Assembly (NCBI GenBank): GCA_964469935.1
Contig: CAYXZQ010000002.1
Coordinates: forward strand, 319-64,318
Length of the DNA: 64,000 bases
Source of the DNA: an uncultured Methanosarcinales archaeon
GTDB lineage: Archaea > Nanobdellota > Nanobdellia > Woesearchaeales > DSVV01
Direction: 5' to 3'
Part shown: positions 55,477 through 64,000 of the stretch, one piece after another
Numbering within the stretch: position 1 is the first letter of the stretch
Layout: each line of letters opens with the position of its first letter
The notes under the pieces: generated by a model
What the model was told of the DNA's origin: nothing
What the model saw: the letters and a program-made list of their open reading frames with translations, nothing else
Databases searched by the model: none
Program-made: the position numbers and the translations under genes

Positions 55477-56657
55477 GGATATTGGAGATTGCGCCGGAGC
55501 CTGTCTTTGAATCAAGGGGTACGCCATTCAGCGTGTATCACAGGACCCTTGCGCTGAGCAGGCTGGGCCACAGGATCGACCTTGTCTGCTATCACATAGG
55601 AAATGATGTCCGGATAAGGAACACAAGGGTGTTTAGGACCCTGAGGATCCCGTTCATAAGAGAGGTCCCGATTGGCCCGTCCTTCAGGAAGATTTTCCTT
55701 GATATCTTCATATTTTCAAGATCCCTCAGGCTGCTCCTGGCAAACAGGTATGACTATATCCATACCCATGAGGAGGCCGGCCTGTTCGGGGTCATATTCA
55801 GGGGACTTTTCAAAAAAAAGCTGGTCTATGACATGCATTCAAGCATGCCCCAGCAGCTGACGAATTTCAATTTCTCGAAAAGCAAGCCGCTCATCAGGCT
55901 CTTTTCGCGCATCGAGAGGTTCGTCCTGGACCATGCAGACGCCGTGATTGTCATCTGCCCCCATCTGGGTGACACGGTAAGAAAGATAAGCCCGAAAAAG
56001 AAGAGGTTCCTTATCGAGAACACGCCCATGGCCAAGGATGTTAAGTCAGTACCGAAGAAAGATGTCGAGAGGCTGAGAAAAGAGCTGAAGATAAAAGATG
56101 AGAAGGTGATCCTGTACACGGGGACTCTTGAGCCCTACCAGGGCATCGACATGCTCCTCGAATCCATACCTTATGCAATTGCCGGGGAAAAGAATCTGCG
56201 GTATCTCATCGTCGGAGGGAAAAAGGTGCAGGTCGAACATTTCAGATCCCTGGCAAGAAAGCTCGGCGTGGATGCGCACGTGACCTTCACCGGGCAGAGG
56301 CCGATTGAGGAGATGGACGCTTTCATGGGCCTTTCAGACGTACTTGTCTCGCCGAGGTACAAGGGGACGAACACTCCGCTTAAGATTTATTCCTATCTCA
56401 AGTCAGGAATACCGATAATGGCAACAGACATCCTGACGCATACACAGGTCCTGGACAGTTCGGTCGCTGTCCTTGCAAAACCGAGTCCGGAGGATTTCGG
56501 AAAGATGACACTGGAGCTCATCCGGGACAAGTCCCTGCAGGTAAGGCTCGGCAAAAATGCAAAAAGGCTTGCAGAGACCAAGTACAGCTATGAGCAGTTC
56601 CTTGAGAAGACAAAAAACTTGTGCGATTATATCGAAAAGACATCTATACGAGGATAA
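55473..56657 (+). CDS. Glycosyltransferase family 4.
   Basis: 'MRILEIAPEP'. The C-terminal GT4 region is 'FMGLSDVLVSPRYKGTNTPLKIYSYLKSGIPIMATD'. It overlaps the upstream GT2 by 4 nt. Confidence 0.75.
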   Translation: MRILEIAPEPVFESRGTPFSVYHRTLALSRLGHRIDLVCYHIGNDVRIRNTRVFRTLRIPFIREVPIGPSFRKIFLDIFIFSRSLRLLLANRYDYIHTHEEAGLFGVIFRGLFKKKLVYDMHSSMPQQLTNFNFSKSKPLIRLFSRIERFVLDHADAVIVICPHLGDTVRKISPKKKRFLIENTPMAKDVKSVPKKDVERLRKELKIKDEKVILYTGTLEPYQGIDMLLESIPYAIAGEKNLRYLIVGGKKVQVEHFRSLARKLGVDAHVTFTGQRPIEEMDAFMGLSDVLVSPRYKGTNTPLKIYSYLKSGIPIMATDILTHTQVLDSSVAVLAKPSPEDFGKMTLELIRDKSLQVRLGKNAKRLAETKYSYEQFLEKTKNLCDYIEKTSIRG

Positions 56658-56658
56658 A

Positions 56659-58527
56659 GTGTGCGGCATTTGCGGGATATATTCAGGGGAAGGCGGACCG
56701 TCCCATGATCTTGTCAGGTCAATGACAAGGGAGCTCTCCCATCGCGGCCCTGACCAGGACGGGTTCTATTTCGACGACCGCCTTGGCATGGGCATGAGGA
56801 GGCTCTCCATCATCGACCTCAGGACAGGGAAACAGCCCATCTCGAATGAGGAAGGCACAGTATCCGTGGTCTACAACGGGGAGATATACAACTTCCCTGA
56901 GCTCAGGCTTCTGCTGGAGAAGAAAGGGCACCGGTTCGCAACCGACACTGACACAGAGGTCATTGTCCATGCTTATGAGGAATACGGGTTTGAGTGCCTT
57001 AAGCGCTTCAACGGCATGTTCGCATTCTCACTCTGGGATTCCGAAAAGAAGATCCTGTTCATCGCCCGCGACAGGCTGGGTATCAAACCCCTCTATTATC
57101 ATCATGGCCCGCAGCGGTTCGCATTCGCATCAGAGATCAAGTCCATCATCAAGATAGGGGATATCAAGAGGACGATTAATCGCAGGGCACTCTACCATTA
57201 CCTTGGCTATGAGTTCGTGCCTGCGCCGGACTCCATATTCGAGGGGATAAGGAAGCTGCCACAGGGTCATTACCTTGTCTTCGACAGCAGACAAAATTCC
57301 GTCAGGGTGAAAAAGTACTGGGACTGCTCATTCAGGGCCAAAAGATACAGCGAGGACCAGCTTGCAGGGCAACTTCTCGAGAACCTGAAGAGGGCAGTCG
57401 AGAGGAGGCTCATAAGCGACGTGCCGCTCGGAGCATTCCTTTCAGGAGGCATCGATTCGAGCGCAATCGTCGGCCTGATGTCCGGCCTGAAGGAGGACCC
57501 TGTCAGGACCTTCTCTATAGGCTTTGAGGATGCGTCATACAACGAGCTTGCCCACGCGAGAAAGGTTGCCGAGTGTTTCGGGACGGACCACACCGAGAAG
57601 ATGATAACTCCTGACGCGGTCAATCTTACAGGAGAGATAGTGAAATATTTTGACGAGCCCTTTGCAGACATATCCGCAATCCCGACATTTCTTGTCTCTG
57701 AGCTTGCCAGGACAAAGGTCAAGGTGGTCCTGTCAGGGGACGGCGGGGACGAGCTGTTCGCAGGATACGAGAGGTATGTCGCGAGCAGGATTGCAGGGAC
57801 GCTCCCTATTCCGAGGCCTGTCGGCAGGATTGCCGGCAGCCTATTCAAACCCAGGGAGAAGAAGAAAGGGCTCGCGAACATGTTCCAGAGATACAGCGAG
57901 GGCCTGCAATTGCCGGATGACGCAAGGCACATGCGCTGGCAGTATTTCCTGAACAAGAACCTGGAGGACGGCCTGTTCCAGAAAGATTTAAGGGCCCTGG
58001 CTGACAGGACGGATGCATTCGGTCCTCTGAACACCTTCTATGGCAAGAGCGGGCTCAAGGGGAGGCTTGACAGGGAGCAGTACGCAGACATCAAGCTGTA
58101 TCTTGCGGACGACATCCTTGTGAAGGTCGACAGGATGAGCATGGCCCATTCCCTCGAGGCCAGGGTGCCGTTCCTGGACCATACTCTCGTGGAGTTTGCG
58201 ATGACGATCCCCCCCGGACTTAGGCTGAGGAGCCTAAGGACTAAGCACATCCTGAAAAAGGCTGTCAGCGGCCTTCTTCCAAGGGATATCATAAACAGGA
58301 AGAAAGAGGGTTTCAGCATCCCCATCAAGAACTGGCTCAGGACCGATCTCAGGGACCTGATGAAAGAGAAGCTGGAGAGGCCGGCATTTTCACGTGAGAG
58401 ACTCTTCAACCAAAGGTTTATTAATAAACTCATGAAACTCCACATCAGGGGGGATAAGAACTACAGCCACCAGCTATGGGCATTGATGATGTTCGGGATG
58501 TGGTACGAAAGATACATGACAAAATGA
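56659..58527 (+). CDS. Asparagine synthetase B-family glutamine-dependent amidotransferase. Likely a glycan amidotransferase in this context.
   Basis: GTG start giving 'MCGICGI' (Ntn Cys2). 'SGGIDSS' PP-loop. It starts 2 nt after the GT4 stop. Confidence 0.75.
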   Translation: MCGICGIYSGEGGPSHDLVRSMTRELSHRGPDQDGFYFDDRLGMGMRRLSIIDLRTGKQPISNEEGTVSVVYNGEIYNFPELRLLLEKKGHRFATDTDTEVIVHAYEEYGFECLKRFNGMFAFSLWDSEKKILFIARDRLGIKPLYYHHGPQRFAFASEIKSIIKIGDIKRTINRRALYHYLGYEFVPAPDSIFEGIRKLPQGHYLVFDSRQNSVRVKKYWDCSFRAKRYSEDQLAGQLLENLKRAVERRLISDVPLGAFLSGGIDSSAIVGLMSGLKEDPVRTFSIGFEDASYNELAHARKVAECFGTDHTEKMITPDAVNLTGEIVKYFDEPFADISAIPTFLVSELARTKVKVVLSGDGGDELFAGYERYVASRIAGTLPIPRPVGRIAGSLFKPREKKKGLANMFQRYSEGLQLPDDARHMRWQYFLNKNLEDGLFQKDLRALADRTDAFGPLNTFYGKSGLKGRLDREQYADIKLYLADDILVKVDRMSMAHSLEARVPFLDHTLVEFAMTIPPGLRLRSLRTKHILKKAVSGLLPRDIINRKKEGFSIPIKNWLRTDLRDLMKEKLERPAFSRERLFNQRFINKLMKLHIRGDKNYSHQLWALMMFGMWYERYMTK

Positions 58528-59690
58528 GAAAGAAATTACTGGAACTGCTCGCTTGCCCAAGATGCAGGTCCGGGCTCAGGCTCGACATCTTTGAGGAAGG
58601 AGACCAGGTCGAGAGCGGGCTTCTGACTTGCAGCTGCGGTGAATGGTTTCCTGTCATAAAAGGTGTGCCGCGCATCCTCATCGGCGACATGCGGGGGGAT
58701 TACTCGGGCTTCATCTCCGGGTTCAGGAAACATTTTCCAGAGGGAGTCCTGAAGAAGTCACATGCGGGCAAGGGCAGGACCCGACTGAAGAAGAGGACAA
58801 GCAACAGCTTCGGCCTGGAGTGGAAGAAGTACAGCAGGTACGGCTGGCTCGGGAGGGGAAAAGGAGAGAAGCTGGACATCTCTGATTACAGGTCCGCGCA
58901 TCTGGAGCACACCTGGGCCCACACTGTAGAGACTTTCTGGAGAAAGACTTTGCTGGAACCGGGAGAGGTCCGTGGAAAGCTTGTCCTTGACGTCGGCGTG
59001 GGAAACGGGAGATACGCACAGGCTTGCACGGACGCAGGGGCAGAGGTAGTGGGCATCGACCTGAGCGAAGCAGTCGATGTGGCATACGCAAACACGAAAG
59101 GAAAGGTCAACACGGTCCAGTGCGACATATTCAATCTTCCGTTCAAGGAAGGATGCTTTGATGTCATATACAGCATAGGAGTCCTTCATCACACGCCGGA
59201 TACGAAGGCTGCATTTGAATCAGTGCAGAAGCTTGTGAAAAAAAACGGCATAGTTTCCATACACCTGTATCACAAGGGAAATCCCATCTACGAATTCAAC
59301 GATCGACTTATAAGGCTCGTGACGACAAGGCTGTCCCTGGGCCTGCTTTGGTACCTCTGCTATGTCCCTGCTTTCCTGGGAAGGATGGCGTCAGTCTCGA
59401 GGTTCCTGTATGCCGGAGCCAACTCCCTCGTCGTCATCAGGAGCGACCATCACTTCAATTTCGACTGGTACTCGGCTCCGGTTGCTTACCACCACACGGA
59501 AACCGAGGTTGCCGGTTGGTTCAGGGGGCTTGGGTTCAGGAAGATAAGGGGCGATGATCCCTGCAGGTATGCGGGCTCTTATTTTGCAAAGATCTATCCT
59601 GGATTCACGAAGAATGCCGACGGTACGGTTAAGAGGTGGGCTGCGGGCCTGGTCCCGAGATGGGCCCTGACAGTAAGGGGAATAAGATGA
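58524..59690 (+). CDS. Trm112-like zinc-ribbon domain fused to a class I SAM methyltransferase.
   Basis: 'LLACPRCRSGL...LTCSCGEWFPVIKGVPRIL' (Trm112/DUF343-like). 'VLDVGVGNGRYA' is SAM motif I. ATGA overlap with asnB-like stop. Confidence 0.65.
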   Translation: MRKKLLELLACPRCRSGLRLDIFEEGDQVESGLLTCSCGEWFPVIKGVPRILIGDMRGDYSGFISGFRKHFPEGVLKKSHAGKGRTRLKKRTSNSFGLEWKKYSRYGWLGRGKGEKLDISDYRSAHLEHTWAHTVETFWRKTLLEPGEVRGKLVLDVGVGNGRYAQACTDAGAEVVGIDLSEAVDVAYANTKGKVNTVQCDIFNLPFKEGCFDVIYSIGVLHHTPDTKAAFESVQKLVKKNGIVSIHLYHKGNPIYEFNDRLIRLVTTRLSLGLLWYLCYVPAFLGRMASVSRFLYAGANSLVVIRSDHHFNFDWYSAPVAYHHTETEVAGWFRGLGFRKIRGDDPCRYAGSYFAKIYPGFTKNADGTVKRWAAGLVPRWALTVRGIR

Positions 59691-60412
59691 CCAGTTCCCA
59701 GGACAAGAAGAAAGAGAGGCAGGTCTTCGACAGGCTGAGCGAGGATGAATACAGCGAGGCGCATGAGGCGGATTACCAACGCCTGTATGCCAGGTTCTTT
59801 GATGGGTTTGAGGTCAGAAACAAGGAGCTGCTGGATATCGGCTGCGGTCCCGGTATAAATTCTGTCAGGCTTGCGAAGCTAGGCCTTAAGGTCACGGGCA
59901 TGGATCTGTCAGACAGGGCAGTCATCAAGGCCAGGGTATTGTCAAAAAAGGCCGGGGTTGATGTAAGGTTTATCGTAGGTGACGCAGAAAAGACGCACTT
60001 CAGGGACGATTCGTTTGATTTCGTGTTCTGCGGGGCTGTCCTGCATCACTTTCCGAATCTGAAAAAGATATCAAGGGAGATATACAGGGTCACAAAGCCG
60101 GGTGGTATGGTTTTGTCGTACGACCCAAACGCCCACCATCCCTATGGCTTGATAGTGCACAACGTGCTGAACAGGTTCATCAGGCTGAAATATTTCTCTC
60201 CGAATGAGAGGGCCCTCAGGGACAGGGACCTTTTTGTCCCGTTCTCAGAGGCAGGATTCAAAAACTTCAGGTTCTCGTCAATAACCATGCAGACTAAAAA
60301 GAAAGGCCTTGTCAGGAGATGCATCAGGAAGACAGCATATCGTGTCTCTGAGCTGCTTCTTCAGGGCCTTCATAAGAGGCCTTTTTTGGTGATGATCTGT
60401 GAAAAAGAATAA
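59687..60412 (+). CDS. Class I SAM-dependent methyltransferase.
   Basis: 'LLDIGCGPGINS' is motif I. 'FDFVFCGAVLHH'. ATGA overlap with the upstream gene. Confidence 0.75.
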   Translation: MTSSQDKKKERQVFDRLSEDEYSEAHEADYQRLYARFFDGFEVRNKELLDIGCGPGINSVRLAKLGLKVTGMDLSDRAVIKARVLSKKAGVDVRFIVGDAEKTHFRDDSFDFVFCGAVLHHFPNLKKISREIYRVTKPGGMVLSYDPNAHHPYGLIVHNVLNRFIRLKYFSPNERALRDRDLFVPFSEAGFKNFRFSSITMQTKKKGLVRRCIRKTAYRVSELLLQGLHKRPFLVMICEKE

Positions 60413-61358
60413 TAGGACGGCCTACCTGAAATTATTCCTCCGCCTTCTGTTTGCAATCATACTTGTAGCCATCCTGGTGGCCAATCTTGATGTCAGGCAG
60501 ATATATGATATCATAATCAAGATCAACAGCCTGGTTTTCTTGACACTGATAACTATCATAATAGGCACATTGGCGAGTGCACTGAGGCTCAAGGATCTCC
60601 TCAAGCCACATGATGTCAGCCTGTCCCTTCGCAATTCCGTAGACATTTACTTCATCGGGAAATTTTTCAGTGCATTTCTGCCCAGTACAGTCGGCGGTGA
60701 CATTTACAGATTCATGTGGCTGTCGAAGGATAACAGAAAGAGGCTGGGCTCATTCCTCGCTCTGCTGTTCGATAGGGCAAGCGGGGTGTTTGCCGCGTTG
60801 TTGATATCGGTCCTGTCAATGATATTCATCGGTTATTATAAGATAGTGGAATTGAATGCCTCCATAATGAGCGTCCTGATGCTTTTTCTGGCAGTGTTCG
60901 TGGTGTTGACTATCCTCGGGTTCAACCATAGGTTCACTGCGCTCGTTTCAGGGCTTCTCTTACGGATGAGATTGAGATACCTGTCAGAGAAGGCCGGCAT
61001 GGTAATGAAATCATTCCAGACATATAGGGATCACCCGAAAATACTGATGAGCTCGATAATCTATTCCATCATCTTCTATGTTTCGTCAATATTTCAGGTA
61101 TACATTATCTCACGAGCCTTGGGAATACGCCTTGACCTTGTTTTTTTCTTCCTGTTCATCCCGATAATCACCATCATATCCATGATTCCCGTGTCAATAA
61201 ATGCCCTGGGTATAAGGGAAGGTGCTTTCATCTACCTCTTCGGACAGGTTGGCGTCTCCCTGGAAGCTGCCTTTTCGATATCTATCATGACTTTCCTAAT
61301 TTCGCTCATCATCAGCGGATTCGGTGGCATCGTGTTCATTGCCAAGAAGAGGAGATGA
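60399..61358 (+). CDS. Flippase-like integral membrane protein of the lysylphosphatidylglycerol-synthase-TM/UPF0104 family. These are often GT2-associated.
   Basis: About 8 TM helices, 319 aa, no soluble domain. It is the last gene of a coupled GT2-GT4-asnB-MT-MT operon. Confidence 0.45.
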   Translation: MKKNNRTAYLKLFLRLLFAIILVAILVANLDVRQIYDIIIKINSLVFLTLITIIIGTLASALRLKDLLKPHDVSLSLRNSVDIYFIGKFFSAFLPSTVGGDIYRFMWLSKDNRKRLGSFLALLFDRASGVFAALLISVLSMIFIGYYKIVELNASIMSVLMLFLAVFVVLTILGFNHRFTALVSGLLLRMRLRYLSEKAGMVMKSFQTYRDHPKILMSSIIYSIIFYVSSIFQVYIISRALGIRLDLVFFFLFIPIITIISMIPVSINALGIREGAFIYLFGQVGVSLEAAFSISIMTFLISLIISGFGGIVFIAKKRR

Positions 61359-61407
61359 CTGCCGGGCATTGAGTTTCAGGAACAGAGATGGTATCTTGAT
61401 TAAGGGT

Positions 61408-62532
61408 TCACAATCCCGGGCACTCTCTGCATACTTTCGGGGCGTTCGTAAGCAGCCGCTTCCTGAATCTCTTCAGTTTTTTTCCGTTCCATACCTCCTG
61501 GAAGGGCTGCTTGAGGATGTTGCCGTAGGAATATCCTTCACCTTCGTGGGAAAAGTCGCAGTGGCTCGAGACATTGCCGACCCAGTCTTCCCTGGGTAAC
61601 TTGTCGTTCGGAAGGTTTATCATCAGCTTCCACCACATTGTCGAGCAGTTGACCCTCTTCCTTCCTTTCGGCGGGAACCTGGGAGGGAAGACCCTCAGGC
61701 CGAGGGATCTCCCATATGCTACGGCCTCGTCAATCGACTTTATCAGCTCATGGTCCGTCTCCTGTATCACGTTGTCCTTTGAGCATATGGGGTGGTCTAC
61801 GAAATCTACAGGCACAAGGTATGAGAATATGACGTCGTCAGCCCCTATCTCCTTGCACGTGTCCATCAGGTCCTTGTACGTGTGGACATTGGACCTCATC
61901 GCTATGCAGTATATCCCTATCTTGAATCTTCTCTTGTACTTCTTGCGTAGCACGCTAAGCTTCTTGATGTTTCCGATTATCGTCTCCCATTTAGCGCCCC
62001 TGCGTATCTCTTCGAACTCTTTCGGGTCGCCGCTGTCAAGGTTCGTGTTCAGCCTGTTTATGCCGCTCTTTGCGAGGTGCTCCAGATTTTTCGTGACCTG
62101 CCGGTTCATGTTTGTCATGATCGAGCAGGTCATTTTGCTTTTCCTGACGTACTCTATCATGTCGAATATGTCCTTGTTGAGGAGAGGGTCCCCTGTCCCG
62201 CAGAGATGGACATGGGCGATCTTGGTCTTCTTCAGTTCGTCCAAGATCCTTTCAAAATCAGCCAGGGACAGCCTCATGGGCCAGTACGGCCTCTCTGTGA
62301 ATGGAGAATGCCAGAGGCAGTAGATGCATTTCTGCGTACACACGCTCTCAGTCACTATCGTTACGTATGTCGGGTCCCAGGGCACCTGGGTTATGTTCCT
62401 GTTTCTCATGAGCATGTATTTGACAGCGTTTGCGACCTGGCCTAAAGAATGCTCCCTGATGAATTTGATTCCTTCCTGGACGACATAGACATCCGTGTGT
62501 ATGGATGATTTGATATTGAACAGCCTAACCAT
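61408..62532 (-). CDS. Radical SAM enzyme with a C-terminal Cys-rich (SPASM/twitch-like) region.
   Basis: 'CTQKCIYC' (Cx3Cx2C). 'HLCGTGDPLL'. The C-terminus has additional Cys: 'RVNCSTMWW...SSHCDF...KVCRECPG'. Confidence 0.7.
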   Translation of the reverse strand: MVRLFNIKSSIHTDVYVVQEGIKFIREHSLGQVANAVKYMLMRNRNITQVPWDPTYVTIVTESVCTQKCIYCLWHSPFTERPYWPMRLSLADFERILDELKKTKIAHVHLCGTGDPLLNKDIFDMIEYVRKSKMTCSIMTNMNRQVTKNLEHLAKSGINRLNTNLDSGDPKEFEEIRRGAKWETIIGNIKKLSVLRKKYKRRFKIGIYCIAMRSNVHTYKDLMDTCKEIGADDVIFSYLVPVDFVDHPICSKDNVIQETDHELIKSIDEAVAYGRSLGLRVFPPRFPPKGRKRVNCSTMWWKLMINLPNDKLPREDWVGNVSSHCDFSHEGEGYSYGNILKQPFQEVWNGKKLKRFRKRLLTNAPKVCRECPGL

Positions 62533-62582
62533 TCAACCGGTCAAATCATGGAAATTTAATAAAGGTTTCGTTTCTACTTTCG

Positions 62583-64000
62583 CTAACAGAAATAGACATA
62601 GCTGCTCCCGTCCTTATAAGAATATCTCAACTGGCATTCGCTGTCTATGACAGCGATGGTGTCGCAGTTGAACCTGGATGGATATCTATGGTCGAGTATG
62701 AGCCAGATGTTCCCGCTCTTTTGTATCAAGTCCCTGAGTTCGGTGGAATTGATCCATGGCGTCCCTATCTGCTTGTCGGTGCCGGCCTCTTCATCCTCAG
62801 GGTTCTCCTGGTAGAGCTTGAAGCCTATCTCCATGATGTAATAATCGGGCTTCCTGAAGTAATAATCGGTCGCGGCTGGAGAATTCGTGATTATGGTATC
62901 ATTGCTGCTGTAATTGTTCTTTACGAAGTCGTTAATACCCCTATAATCCATCACCCTCATGATTGTCGCCTTATCGTAATATGTGCCTGAAATGTCTCCG
63001 AATGCGAAGGAATTCACGAAAAAAGAGGACATGACCACAAAGAGCAATATGAAAGACGCCAGGTACGTATTTCTGAAAAAGATGTTGTTTCTGAGCATCT
63101 GGTACGTGAAATACAGGCCTGCTGCAGCAGATATAAGGATCAACGGAAGCAGGTTTATTATGTACCTGTCTGATTTCGACCTAACGATGAATGTGAAAAG
63201 AAGAAAGCTCAGGACAAACACCGAATTTATGAAATTCAGCTCTTTTTTCCCGGAGATGATGCCGATGCCGACTGATACGGCGACAAGAAGCAGTATCAGG
63301 ACAGACACCTCTGAGAACAGGAACAGGAACGGCGCCTCGATGTTTGTTATCGCGAATATCTGGCTGCTCGCATCCTGGATGAATGTCGTCTTGGAAAATG
63401 CCTGGAACAGCACGAAGGCGAGCCCAAGGACGAAACAGCTTATCAGGTAAGGCAGGTCGCTTATGAATCTAGCTATGCTGCCCCTGTTCATGAAAGCATA
63501 ATAAAGGAAGCATGACAGCACAAGGAATACGCCTATGGAATGGCTTAGCAGGGTGAGCACCATGATGATGGGATAAGCCAGCTTGAATATTTTTTTCCCG
63601 TTTATAAACCCCTCATAGAATACATACACCGAGAGGATGCTCATCATCATGAAGAGGGAGTACATCCTTGCCTGCCTTGACCACGTGATGGCCCATGACG
63701 AGAACGCGATAAGGGCTGCCGAAAGTATGGCGACGTTCCTGTTGAACCATCTGCCAGCAATGAAGCATACGATCAGGATTGCGGCTGCTCCGAAAATCAC
63801 GCTCGGAATTCTTGCTGTGAGCTCTGATATCCCGAACAGGGAGAAAAACCCTGCGAGTAAATATGAATGCAGCAGTCCGCGAGCGTAGAACAGTCCGCTC
63901 TCGAAGACCGGCAGTCCGTGCTGGAGGATGCCTTTTGCTGCAAGAACGCTTATGAGCTCATCCCCTAGGAAGCCATAGAGGTTCAGCTTAAATGCCCTGA
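62583..64000 (-). CDS. GT-C-fold membrane glycosyltransferase (ArnT/PMT-like, GT83/GT39-type). The N-terminus runs off the window end.
   Basis: The reading frame stays open upstream of the track's GTG 'start' at 63800 all the way to nt 64000. It translates as '...GLPVFESGLFYARGLLHSYLLAGFFSLFGISELTARIPSVIFGAAAILIVCF', typical of the ArnT-like N-terminus. At least 10 TM helices. Confidence 0.6.
   Translation of the reverse strand, partial: RAFKLNLYGFLGDELISVLAAKGILQHGLPVFESGLFYARGLLHSYLLAGFFSLFGISELTARIPSVIFGAAAILIVCFIAGRWFNRNVAILSAALIAFSSWAITWSRQARMYSLFMMMSILSVYVFYEGFINGKKIFKLAYPIIMVLTLLSHSIGVFLVLSCFLYYAFMNRGSIARFISDLPYLISCFVLGLAFVLFQAFSKTTFIQDASSQIFAITNIEAPFLFLFSEVSVLILLLVAVSVGIGIISGKKELNFINSVFVLSFLLFTFIVRSKSDRYIINLLPLILISAAAGLYFTYQMLRNNIFFRNTYLASFILLFVVMSSFFVNSFAFGDISGTYYDKATIMRVMDYRGINDFVKNNYSSNDTIITNSPAATDYYFRKPDYYIMEIGFKLYQENPEDEEAGTDKQIGTPWINSTELRDLIQKSGNIWLILDHRYPSRFNCDTIAVIDSECQLRYSYKDGSSYVYFC

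Overview
This 64 kb window is almost entirely a cell-surface glycosylation island. The host looks archaeal: Kae1 carries the archaeal 'TAHT' N-terminal motif, STT3/AglB-type oligosaccharyltransferases are present, there is a geranylgeranyl-reductase-family gene, the tRNA-Trp has an intron at the canonical 37/38 position, and TATA-like AT-rich boxes sit about 25-30 nt upstream of start codons. Gene density is very high, with many 1-14 nt start/stop overlaps. Main parts of the island: (i) a complete nonulosonic-acid (pseudaminic/legionaminic-type) pathway. It has a PseB/CapD-like 4,6-dehydratase, DegT/PseC-like aminotransferase, GNAT, UDP-GlcNAc 2-epimerase, two tandem NeuB-family synthases and a CMP-sugar synthetase. 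A divergently transcribed WbuX/WbuY/WbuZ (AglX/Y/Z-like; PP-loop amidotransferase plus HisH- and HisF-like) triad is the kind that makes acetamidino sugars. (ii) Two STT3/AglB oligosaccharyltransferase paralogs, one carrying a C-terminal parvulin-type PPIase fusion, plus two further GT-C-like membrane proteins. (iii) Many GT2 and GT4 glycosyltransferases, GtrA, a Wzx-like flippase, a GT2-DUF2304-UbiA-family triplet, Gmd and an Rmd-like gene (GDP-6-deoxyhexose), SAM methyltransferases, an AsnB-like amidotransferase, a radical-SAM/SPASM enzyme and a TagF-like polyol-phosphate transferase. (iv) An APS kinase (CysC) plus PAP phosphatase (CysQ) pair, implying PAPS-dependent sulfation of the glycan by a sulfotransferase that is not obvious in the window. 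(v) The likely glycoprotein targets. One is an S-layer-like protein with about 34 N-x-S/T sequons and a C-terminal TM anchor. There are two more surface proteins and a secreted protein with three roughly 145-aa tandem repeats. Embedded non-glycan genes are nadE and nadC, kae1 divergent from a full-length RelA/SpoT homolog, a geranylgeranyl-reductase-family gene, and a tRNA-Trp(CCA) with a ~76-nt intron followed by a duplicated tRNA 3'-end fragment. No rRNA or CRISPR array was seen. Many long antisense 'ORFs' in the six-frame track are judged spurious.
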